The notes under the pieces: generated by a model
What the model saw: only the letters and a program-made list of their open reading frames with translations
Told to the model about the DNA's origin: nothing
Databases searched by the model: none
Shown here: positions 39,101 through 50,822 of the stretch, one piece after another
Layout: every line of letters begins with the position of its first letter
Position numbering within the stretch: position 1 is the stretch's first letter
Assembly (NCBI GenBank): GCA_015680685.1
Contig: MNCI01002402.1
Location: 186,001-250,000 of the forward strand
Origin: Gnetum montanum
Lineage: Eukaryota > Plantae > Gnetophyta
Direction of reading: 5' to 3'
DNA: 64,000 bases
Program-made: the position numbers and the translations under genes

Positions 39101-39940
39101 CCACATGTTGACCTCCATTCCTATTAAGGAGGACATCCTAATAGATGAACAATCCATCCATGTTGTGATGCTACCTCCTACACCACAAAAATTGAGCTCA
39201 ACGCCCCTAGCATTCCATGATGAGGCTATCAAGGTTGACCCTAAGAAGAGTTAAGTCATTACCATGTCATTGTTTATTAAAATCTGTATGGAGTAGTGTA
39301 GAATTTGCAAGGTGCATGTCAATGATGAACAGTAACAAACATAATCCCATACACTGTCATTGAAAAGTTGGGTCTTGCTAACCAAATTAAACCCACAAAG
39401 ATAACATTCCTAAATTCCTTTAATGGATCACACATTGTCATAACGGGAACTATCATAATAGCATTTGTGATAGGGGAGTAATTCCCCATCATGAAGGCTA
39501 CTATGATAGTTCCCTAATCTTCAACCTAATCTTGGATAGGCCCTAACTAGCCCAACTGTAAGTTGTCTCCTCCCCAATCCACCAAGAAATCCGCCTTCCA
39601 TACAAAGGTAGTGAGGTTATCATTTATGGTGACAATGTAGCCCCTCTCACCATAAATAACATAGACACAAAACAAGGGTCAAAGATGGAGTTCCCCAATG
39701 ATGTGTCTCCCATAAAGGATGAGGGTGAAACATGTGAGGTAGACTAACCTGAGGAACCAAAGGAAGCTAGTGACCTCTTGGAGGAAGCATTGTGGGTAGA
39801 ATTACCCTTCAACATAGTTGACAAAGGTCAAGGCAAGTACCACATAGTATTTTCTAGGCCCTACATGCCACCTAACCCACATTAGGTTAGGAACCAACTA
39901 TGAGAGTAAGGCAACCCCTTAGTCCAACATTTGCTAGGTG
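36200..39940 (+). pseudogene. gag: gag-protease of B
   Basis: ATG AAC CTT at 36200, YNFVCVKLQ, FTKYNGEENPNA gag core, knuckle at ~38210-38265 and protease KVHVND at ~39310. The 3' limit is approximate. Confidence 0.85.
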
Positions 39941-40179
39941 CCTACCTACCCCTAACTCTTGCATATCTCACTTGCATCTTGTTTGTGCATTTACATTTTG
40001 TTTGGGCATTTGCATTTTTCATTATTTACTTTATTACACATTTATTTCCCTTGTTTGTGCATTTTCAATTAGTTTAAGTTTCTTCTTATCATGTTTACTC
40101 TTTAGTAGTTATTAGCCTATGCATGAAAAACATGAATGTATGTAAAAATCATAAACACAAACTACAAAAACAAATATAC

Positions 40180-40455
40180 ATGGCCTAGAAAGACCTTAAA
40201 CTATCGCATGGCCCACCATGGCCTAAAACTGGTAACCTTCTTTACATCACCATGGCCCGAGAAGGCCTTAAGCTATCATATGGCCTGCCATGGCCTAAAA
40301 CTAGCAACACTTTTCCTTTTGATGCATATTTCAAAATGGCCTTAAACTACCACTAGGACCTAGAATGGCTTAAACTACCAACACATGCTATCAATACATA
40401 TGATCCAAAATGGCCTAAAACCATCATCATGACCTGAAATGGCCTTAAACTAGCA
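40180..40455 (+). repeat. Tandem array downstream of gag-PR in B
   Basis: Units of ATGGCCT(A/T)AAACT(A/G)(G/C)CA. Confidence 0.85.
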
Positions 40456-40675
40456 TTAGCTTGTAGTGGCCTAATGACATCAATTCATCATATTACTAGC
40501 ATCAAACATATAGCAAATAAACACAAAAATATACACATCATACACATCATATAGTAAAACATTCATTACATATCACATCAATAATAGTACATAACATAAG
40601 CATCGAGACCATGTGGCAAAAGATGTACAAAAATACAAAAAAAATGCCCAACAATAGGGCTCCATTAGGATATGC

Positions 40676-43600
40676 TCAACTAGTAGTACTAGGTGGGGGT
40701 GATGATCCTTCATTTGCTAGGACCTACAGCATTACCTAGTTCCTGTTGACAACACAATAATAAAAAAATAACAAATTAGTAAGAAAATTTACAATATAAA
40801 AACTAACATTGAAAGAGAAAAACAACACAAAAAACTAACCTGAGAGGATCCCACATAGATCATGTCTACAGGCAAACTATCAAGGCCCTCCTCCAAGCGT
40901 TAGAGGATCTTAGCCTCAAATAGTTGTGCACAGTCCCCCTGGCCAAAGTCAACCTCCACAAGGATCTTGCCTTTGTTCATGGTGGTCCATGTGGGTGGGT
41001 CCATGAAAAATGTAGCAAATGAAGCCTCTCCTAAGGGTGTGGAAATCTATCTCTTCAAAGAGCCATTGACGACTAAATGGTGAGCAAAAAACTCGTAAGT
41101 CTATCTCCCACCAAATGCCTCAAGGAACATCTCAAGGCAATAGTTCTCAATAAAATCTTCTTTGAGCTATTGAAGATATGTGTCTCATTCATACATGTAG
41201 TGGTGTTTGTGATTCTTTTGAGTCTACCCCCACCTACACACCTTTGCACTAAAGCTTTTCTAGTTCTAGTTCTTCTAAGTGAGCAAATCCATCTATAACT
41301 GCTACTCAATGATCTCTCTCATGGCCTCATTTTTTCCACAGATGGCCAACCAGTACCTAGCATATTCTATGTCTATGAATCAATAGGTATTGTATCCCCA
41401 TTATCAAGCCACAAGAAAGCAATCTTAGAATTGAAGGTCTTTGATCTTTGTGTCTTGGCACATCTCTCTCTTCTAAAATTCATGTATGCACTTCCACAGG
41501 TGCTTATTCAAACACTTACAAACCTACAATGCTTTTGCACTAGAAAGTGTGCATTTGTTAGTTACCTCACATACATAATGAGGCACTTGCTACACTTTAT
41601 GAGGAAACTCAAGGATGTTATCCACTTTGGCTACCTTGCTTGGATCCAAGCAAAGCTTGGAACCTATTGGCATATGTCAAGCAAATTAACTTTAGCCACA
41701 AACTAAGCTTTGAATTGGTAAAGCAACATAATTAAAACAACATCATGCATATACCAAGCTTAGAATATGCCTATTGTAGGTAGTCAACCATGTCCTCCGT
41801 GATGCCCTTCGTGAAGGCAAACTTGTTGGGGATTTCTACCCATGGCTTCATGCAGTAGGTAGACATTGACATTGCATCACTAGCAATACATCTGAGGTTG
41901 CAACATAACAATGCACTTAGCAACTATATATCCAAAGATGCTAAAGAAGAAGAGCAACAACAAATGGAAATCTAAAGCACTTACCTTGCAAGCCCTTAGA
42001 TGTGAGAGTATGGGATTCACCTAGCTACATGCTATCAAAAAGGTGGTTAAAATCACCCCAATCGAGGTGAAATAGCCCCTCCTCCTCCAACCACTAAAGG
42101 GTCTCTATTGCCTCATGCACCTCCTTCTCACGTGCTTCCCTCTCCTTAGCTTGAGGAGGAGCCTCCTCTACTACTACTTTTGCAGCTGCTCTGACAACCC
42201 TCTCTTCTAATTTTTCCAAATTATAAAGATAACCCATTACTACAATTAGAATACATTAGATCATTAGTACAACATAGCAAAAAACATAAAAATGTAAACA
42301 TAAAAAAATACAAAATGCATGCATGCAATAAAGTACATATACCAACCTACGACATCTATGTGTAAGATGGGAAGCTTGAGGTAGATTTTCTTTCCATTTA
42401 ACCTTCCAACCTCAAGAGTATCCTTCTTTGTAGGGCATGGCCTCTTAATCTTCACTTTGGATGGTCCCACCATCACTAAAATATAGCATTTAGCCTTGTC
42501 CACATCCCTAGTAACAACTGGTGGACCCTCACCTGTGCTCTCACATGAATAGTGTGACTGTCACAGGAGACCTCAAGTTGTTACTAAATAAAACTTATTG
42601 AGCCCCTCTAGGGGATCTTGTGCACGAGTGGTTGTGAACATATGCCTAAACCAAGGCTTCAAAAGCTACTCATGATCCTATACAACCCACTACCTACTAT
42701 CACAAACCACCAAGAGCTCCAAAAACCTTTGCGGATACCATACAAAGAATGCAAAGTGCACATGGGACCTCACCTAGAGGTTGAAGTGTAGCTTAGTGAT
42801 CTTTTTGTGTAGGCCAGTGGAAATGTAGAAGGCCCAATTGAACCTCATACCTTCCTCTAGTACCTTCTTCATCACCTACACCTACTCCACCCCAAGGATT
42901 TTCCCTTAGGAGAACAACTTCGGGAAGGCATGGGCACGAAAAAGAGGGTAGACCTCCTGGACCTCAAACACAAGCACATCTTTGATGGGGATGCCTTTGT
43001 CAGATTGAGTGGCTTCTAACTAGCCCTCAATCTCTCCTCTTTGATCCACCTCCCTATTAGCCTTTTCAATAATCAATGGGTCATCAGTGGAAAGGCCAAT
43101 GAGGTTGGTAAAGAAGGCCTCATTGAGGTCTAAAATTACCCTCACACCATGAATGCAAGTGATGAAATGGTTGAAATTTTTACCAAAAGATTCTATGATG
43201 GTGACCATTTTGGCTACTAGAATGATTGGGCTAAGAGCCAAGAAAAGGTCCATCAACCTAGCATACATGAGCATATTGGTCAATGCCTTTGAGGCCTAGT
43301 GGCACAACCAATGCTACACCCCCTCCACATCACCATACTTCATGATGAGGATGGCCTTAGTGTAGCATGTGATGATCACCATCACCTCTCTTAAAGCAAC
43401 TACCACTGTAATAAAGGCAAGAAAAACAACATTAACATTATGCAAAGGTAAAACAACAAACATGTGTGAGGAAGCATAGGAGCTAAAATGATAAATGTTT
43501 ACATAACAAATGGTGTGCGGGATGGAGGTGATGGTGTAGGTATCTTTTCAAAGCTAAGCTCATCACTAGCCCACTCCTCATCTAGCCAATCATGGATCGT

Positions 43601-44688
43601 GTACCACTCAAACACCCTTAGGTATCAAGTAGGGTAGGACTATAGATCAAATCCCACCTACTCAAGTACAAGCTCTTGAAAGTTTAGACTAGAGGAGAAT
43701 ACCTTTAGGGTACTAGGATTCAAGGCAAGAGCATCTACCTCATCATGGAGACACTTCTCATCAACTCTAAATCTAGCAATAGGCATGAGAAGTTAGCAAC
43801 TTAGCATGAGCCAATAGCAAGGAACACAATGTAGAAACCATAAATGCACTTACCCTCTAGTGTAGTATACCATTCCATGTCTATTCTCAAACAAAGTATG
43901 CATGTGCAGAGCAATAAAGAGGATATTTCTCTTGTTGTAGCAAAAGAACTCTACCATCTACCAAATCCTAGATAAGGGCCAAGAGCTCCTAGGACCTCTA
44001 CCCTAACTACCTGCTTTATCATCATCAGTAGTGGGCTCATTAGACATAAACCTTAAAATGCCTTGGTTGGCCCCAAACAACAATGTCTTTGTGTTGACAC
44101 TTGTAGCCTCTACCACTAAGTGTGACCACATCATCACACTAAAGCCCTGCAGTAAGAATTCTAGAAACTCATGCACCTCTAGCTAGAACCACACTAGCTG
44201 ATAACCCACCTACATACCTTGTGTAGGCATGTTAGGCATAGGCTTTCTTGTGTAGTAGAGAATGTCAACAAGCTCCACAATAACTAGGATGGGCTTTAGT
44301 ATCTCCTTACAACCTCAAAGCAACAAAAAAAGTGTTAGTATACATTAAATGCAATTGTTGACAAAAAACATTTATTAAGTTAAACATAGCATAAACCTGC
44401 AACCCTATGCATGGCCCTAATGATGGCCTGTGGCTTCTCCACCGATGGCTACATCCATGATAAGCCCTCAAATCCTCACAAAACCCTAACCCATGTGTGC
44501 TAGCAAAACCCTTTCTCCCCATTTGCACACCTCTCCTTGGCTAGAAAAGGAGAAAGCATAGTTAGAGTACCTAGCAAATGGTGGCACCCTCTACTCCTCC
44601 ACATGTGCCTACAATAGGCGACCTAGTGTCCATTCTCCCTCATTCACATTTTCCAACTAGGGTGTAGGTGTCCACTTTGGCATGTCAT
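40676..44688 (-). pseudogene. Spliced accessory gene of B, 8 exons
   Basis: ATG at 44688, minus-strand donors at 44570, 43853, 42342, 41984, 41754 and 40839, stop at 40676-40678. ORFs 43020-43283 and 42264-42503 are homologous to the A, E1 and H copies. Confidence 0.85.
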
Positions 44689-45049
44689 ATTGGTGGAAAC
44701 TATGCTATTCACAAATAGTGCACTACGGTCTAAAATTTTAAGTTTTTTAACTTTGAAAATGATAGACTTACCCAAGGTGAAATGCACTTTTATATCCCTA
44801 GGGACCAATTAATAATTTACCAACCCCAAAACTATGCCCAACACTATTTATATGGAGGAGAGCATAGTTAGTCTAAAGTGTAGTTGGGTGGGAGCATAGT
44901 CAACTAGACTTAGAAAATTTTTTGATTTTTCTAGCTACCCCAGACTTAGAAAAATTTTAAGTTTTTCTCATTTCTCAATGAATGCCTAGTCCAACTTCAT
45001 GTAAAAACACTCTCCAACCTTGCCAAAAATGATACATCTGGTGCATACT

Positions 45050-45170
45050 ATGGTCTTCTAAGACCTTAAAGTAGCACACCATAGTTTGCTAAGACCTTAA
45101 ACTAGCACTCCATGGTTCGCTAAGACCTTAAATTGGCACTCTATGTCCTAACAGGGTCTAAAACTAACAT
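45050..45170 (+). repeat. Short array upstream of RT in B (equivalents at 25365-25430 in A and 57395-57445 in H)
   Basis: CTAAGACCTTAAA(C/G/T)T(A/G)GCAC three to four times at about 31 bp spacing. Confidence 0.85.
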
Positions 45171-45324
45171 CAACATGCTTACTTTATTTAACAATACATA
45201 TGCATACTTAGGAAAAAATGTTATTGCATTTATTTCCTTTATTTTATGCATAATGACTTCATTAAGACAAGTGTGGCTTAATGTTTTTTTGGTTGTTTTT
45301 GTAGGATTTTCATAGGAATACAAC

Positions 45325-48300
45325 ATGACTATGTACAAGCATCTTCATTTACCTTTGGCCCTCATTGGGTCCCATGGTGATTTCACACAATGCATTGATT
45401 CACAATGCCTAGACCTTGAGCCCATAGCCTATGATGAATACATAACATCTATAGAGGCACTGCTAGACTAGCCAAACCATCTAGTTAAGGCTTTAGATCT
45501 AGATGCAAGTGATGTCACTGAGGATCCCCTTGTTGAAATCCCTATAGCAACACCTAGTGATGAGGCAAAAACATTGAAACTTAGTTCTTTATTAGAGCCT
45601 CAACATACCCAAAACATTGCTATAGTGCTCAACAAAAATATTAACGCATTTACATGATGTTATGAAGACATGCCAAGCCTAGATCTTTGTGTGGTGCAAC
45701 ATAACATAAGCCTCGATCCTAGCATTAAGCTAGTTGAGAAGAAAGCACATAAGGTTAGGCTTGAGGTTACATTGGTAGTCTATGATGAATCACCAAGCTC
45801 TACAAAGTTGGTTTCATCTGGGCAATTAACTATGCAGACTAGGTCTTTGACATCATGGTTGTACCCAAGAAAAATGAAAGTATATGCATTTCCATAGACT
45901 TTTGGAACCTAAACAAGGTAACCATTAAAGATGATTTCTCATCACCTAGCATTGATCAATTGGTTGATACAACAACTGGTCATGCCTTTTTATCCTTTAT
46001 GGATGGGTTCTTGAGGTACAACTAGATTCAGATCAACGTAAAGCACTAGCTCAGTACTACCTTTATGACTTCTTGGGGTACATTTTGTTATACCATGATG
46101 CCTTTTGGACTTAAGAACATAGGAGAAACTTATCAACATGTCATGATGTACATCTTTAGTGGCTACATGTTAGGTTTGCTCAATGATTATGTTAACAACA
46201 TAGCAGTTAAGTCCAAAGTAGCACACAATCATGTAGATGACTTGGACCTTGTGCTCAAATGTTTTTTGAAACATGATCTTAGGTTAAACCCCAAGAAATG
46301 TATTTTTAGTGTTAAGACAAGCCAGATGCTAGCTTTTGTAGTATCCAAAGAAAGCATACGCATTGACCCCAATAAGGTTAAGGTCATTATCAACTTAACA
46401 CCACTGGCTAACCTTAAGGAGCTACAAGGATTGTAGGGTAGATTACAGTTCAGATGCAGGTTTATCACATGGTTAATTAACAATTTGCAATCCATGTAAC
46501 ATTTGCTCAAAAAATGAGTCTACTTTGATTTGATGGCTCAATGCCAAGAGGCATTTGACAACCTTAAATAAGAGCTGGCTCAACTTCCAATGCTCTGCCC
46601 TCCACAAGGCGATAAACCTTTCTACATCTACCTTTCTACCTCTGATGTGTCCATTAATTTTTTGTTTTGCCAAAGGCAAGATGATGGCCTAGAGGTCCCA
46701 ATATACTACATAAGCTATGCATTGGTTTCCTATGAAGCAAGGTATAACAATGTGAAAAATAATTACCTTGCCTTGGTCTTCACACTCAAGAAATGGAGGC
46801 ACTATCTTTTCCATAGTTAAGTTAACATCATCTGTAAAAGTAACATAATCCTAGAAATTACCACAAACATTTACAAGAGTAGTTGCATTGCATAATGGAA
46901 GGCAATAATAGTAGAGTTTGACCTACATTACGTTGCACAAGCCTCAATGAAAGATCAGGCAATAGCCATGCAACTCATGGCTTTACCTATGAATGATCAA
47001 GCAACAATAGATCCAAAATTCTTGGATGAGCATGTCAATAGCATCAACCAAGTGCCTAAAAACTTTGATGCAATCCTGCACTTTGATGGTGCTTCAACTT
47101 TTCAAGGAAGTAGCACCACTACCATTATCACATTTCCCTTCAAGGAGATTAGACCCTTCACATATCATTTTATGTTCTCATGCACTAATAATGTGGTGCA
47201 GTATGAAGATCTCCTCAAAGGTATCCTAGTAGCTTGCAACTCCGGAATACAAAACATAGTAATCTGAGGTGACTCATAGTTAGTGATCAACCAAGTCATA
47301 GAGGTCTATGCTTATAAAGCCCAACATTTAAAACCTTATTGTGACTTGGAAAAACACTTGCTTAAATAGTTTGTAACCACTAATGTTCAATACATTCCCC
47401 AGAACAAAAACACCATAGTGGACGCTTTAGCAACAATAGCCTTAAGCATTTCACCTGACATGTTTCCTACATTCTCAACCTTGATGGAAAATTACACTAT
47501 ACTTGTCACACAAACCACTAACATCACATCCATAGCCGCAGTTAGCAAAACCCAAGCAATGGAATGGTATGATGACATTAATACATACCTTCTATAGGAC
47601 AACATCTAACCATTTCCCAAAAGGATGCAATGCAAAAATGATCATGGTAGTATGTTGTCGTAGGTGATAGCACCTTGTGTTGTAGATCCTATGATGGCAT
47701 ACTACTAACCTATGTAAGCAATAGCGAGGCACAAACAATCATTGAACAAGTCCATAAGGGAATCTGTAAAGGTCACATAGCAACTAGGGCAATGGTGGCA
47801 AAGATCAGACACTTAGGCTACTACTAGCCTTACATGGAGCATGATTGTGTCTCCAAGTTCAAAATGTATGATATTTATCAATAACGTGACAACTTAATGC
47901 ATGTTCCATTAACTAAACTACATACAACATAGATCATGTAGCCATTCCAACATTGGGGGTTGTACATCATTAAACCAATAATGCCTAAGTCCTCCATAGG
48001 GCATAGCTTCATTATAATCACAACTCAATATTTTACCAAGTGGGTTGAGGCTATTCCCCTTAGGAAGAAAACATCACAATAGGTTTGCAAATTTGTCCTT
48101 GATAACATAGTAACCTATTTTGGTTTTCCCATGACCATTGTAATGTGTAACATGCCATAGTTTAGTAGTGCTAAAACAAAGGATTTTTATGAGTGCTTTA
48201 GCATTAAACATTTCTTCTTATTGTTGTACTACCTATAGGTGAATGGCTAGGTGGAGGCCACAAACAAAGTCATTGTCAACCTTCTAAAGAAGATGCTTAG

Positions 48301-48796
48301 TAGCAACAAGAAGTAATGGCATGAGTAATTAGTATATGCACTCTAGGCCTACCACATAACATGTAGAATAGCAACAAGTAATAAACCATATAACCTTGTT
48401 TATGGGTTTGAAGCAATTTTTCCTCTTGAGTTGTAGGTTTCATTGCTCCATGTAATCCTCTCAAGCTTCATTGAAGAGGCTCAAAGCGATGAGTTAAGGA
48501 CTTTGGACCTCAATTCAATAGAGGAGGAGTGCATGCAGACACTTGATTGCATCAAGTGGTACCAAGAAAAGTAATGGCAAAAGCACCATCATAATCAACA
48601 TTAATGCCTGATCAAGAAAGGGGACTTAGTTCTCAAGGCTATTCATGAACCCACAGACAAATTCTCAGCCAACTAAGAAGGGCCTTTCTTGGTCATCAAG
48701 GCCTACAACAATGGAGCGTTCAATCTTGTTGACCACGATGGCAATGAATTTGCTAATCCAATGAACCACTCATACTTCAAGCCTTACTATGCCTAG
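45325..48796 (+). pseudogene. pol: pol of B: RT, RNase H, archaeal-type RNase H, integrase
   Basis: WGTFCYTMMPFGLKN, KPFYIYLSTSD, LHFDGAS...CTNNVVQYEDLLKG...GDS (aRH), integrase YFTKWVEAIPL and EGPF motifs; stop at 48796. Confidence 0.95.
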
Positions 48797-48839
48797 TATG
48801 TAGCACATCTTGACAAAGCAAGGTGGTAGGCACCTCTAG

Positions 48840-49215
48840 CTTGCTATGACTATAAACTAGCACAAATAGTCTGCTATAACAATAAATTAGCATATATAGT
48901 CTACTATGACTATAAACTAGCACAAATAATCCACTATGACTATAAACTAGCACACCACTTGTCCCCTATGACATTAAACTAGCACCCAAACCTCTAGTCT
49001 ATTATGACTATAAACTAGCACAAATTGTCCTTGGGTTATGATGTTAGACTAACAAAGTAGCACATCTGCTACAATGTCAAACTAGCATGCAATAGTCTAC
49101 TAGGACTATAAAATATTATGCATCATAGTTTTCCAAGACCTTAAACTGGGTCCATGATCTACTAGGACCTTAACTAGCAAAGCATCTGGTCTACTAGGAG
49201 CTTAAACTAGGTTCA
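48840..49215 (+). repeat. TAAACTAGCA tandem array downstream of integrase in B
   Basis: About 12 units of GTCTRCTATGACTATAAACTAGCAC, with a period of about 31 bp. Confidence 0.9.
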
Positions 49216-50822
49216 TAGTTCATCACACATAGTTTTGTGGATGAGTGAGTGAGAATACTTCCAACTGTCCCCATTTCCCTCCTCCCTACTCCTATCTATC
49301 TACATCTCATGGATGCGGTGGGGACATTGTAGCTACATCTCATGCGTAGGGCGGGGACACTGTAATTCTAGAATGGATTTTCTATCATTAGTAGAGGCCT
49401 ATAGGACATTTTTAGTGTTACCATCCTTGGAATTTTGCTAATCTTTTAGAGCTCCTATCATTGGTGCCAACACTACTAGATTCAGGTGACACTTGTAGCA
49501 CTACCAGCTTTGGGCATTTTGCTAGTGCTTTGAGGTCTTGTCATCAGCACCATCCCTTGGAGTAGTTGTAGCATTATGGCCTCCTATCATTTTGCTGATT
49601 TTAATGGGCTCTTACCATTGCTTGGGCTTGAAAGCACTTGTAGCATCATGACCCTTGACTATTTTGCTGGTCTCCTAAGCTCCTATCAATAGTGTGGACT
49701 CTCAAGCACCTAGAGCATCATTGCCCCTAGCACCTTTACTAGCTTTTCAAATACTTGCAATTGGTTCACTTGTTACAAAATTTGTAGCACCCTCACATCT
49801 GGTAGTTTATTCGCATCTCATGCTGCATGGTTATTTTCTTTTTTTTTTCCCTAAGTTGTTTTTGCAAGATGAAGCCTCAAAGGTAGTCATGAAGAGATGC
49901 ATCTCATAGTAATGGAAAGTCATCACATTTTCTCTTATGTGCATGATTAGACTAGTCAAGCCACTCAAAAGTGCACATCCCTATTACACTGTTATAGCCT
50001 ACTTGCATTTACCCCTTTCATGTTGCATTCCCTTTCCTTCCCCTACATTACCAAGCTTGAAAACCATTTTGATGCACATGGCACCCTTTAAGTCAACCAC
50101 AAAACCCATAATGGATGCAACATAACTCAATCTATGGGGAGCCTATGTGGGTTGGTCAAAGCCCATGTAGATGTAATCCAAATCATTCTGAGGAGGAAAA
50201 ACCTATCCTACAAACATGACACGGTTGCCTTAAAGAAAAATTCATTAGGTGGCATGTAGTCCACCTAATGGAATGTATCTAGCAACTAGCATTTAGAAAT
50301 GTGTAGAGCCTAAAGTAGGTTTTTCATAGTCAAAATGCAAAGAAAAAAAAAAGCAAATGGGGTAAAACATATCCCCAAGAAGAAATTAGCAGAGCTGCAA
50401 TTTCACAACTAGTCTAACCTTGAATCAATGTTGATCCTCTCATAAGCATTCCAATGGGAGATTATAATTTTAGGGGCTAGCCATCTTGGTGCCATGGATG
50501 TTGACTCTCTCATACGCATTTCGATGAGAGGTCACCATTTTGATGGCAAGCCATCTTGGTACCTTGATCTCTATCAACCATGCTGACTTTGCATCTTGCA
50601 GCATGACATCCTACTTGCATTTTTCTTTCCTTACCATTCCTAACACATTCCCTATATCCTTTACCTTCAACATACCATAACCTTTAGCACTCTTGAGAAT
50701 GGTGCAATGATATCCAATTGAGTACTGATGAGCAATGTTAGTGCTAGACCTGCTAAGGTGTTTTGCGTTCTTTGTTGGCATCTCTTGGGCCACTCCTTTA
50801 GATGTCAACAAAGAGGGCCCAA

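Noticed and set aside
25786-44688. Large inverted segmental duplication centred near 35560
   Set aside because: It is explained by B inserting in opposite orientation into the gag of A. The arms are diverged paralogues with their own LTR, PBS and PPT.
47070-47450. Second RNase H domain as a novelty
   Set aside because: An archaeal-type RNase H between RH and INT is an established trait of Ogre/Retand-type Tat elements. It is used here for classification only.
48840-49215. CRISPR-like appearance of constant cores with variable linkers
   Set aside because: The linkers are only about 5-15 nt and related to each other, the cores are degenerate, there are no cas genes and the context is a plant retrotransposon.
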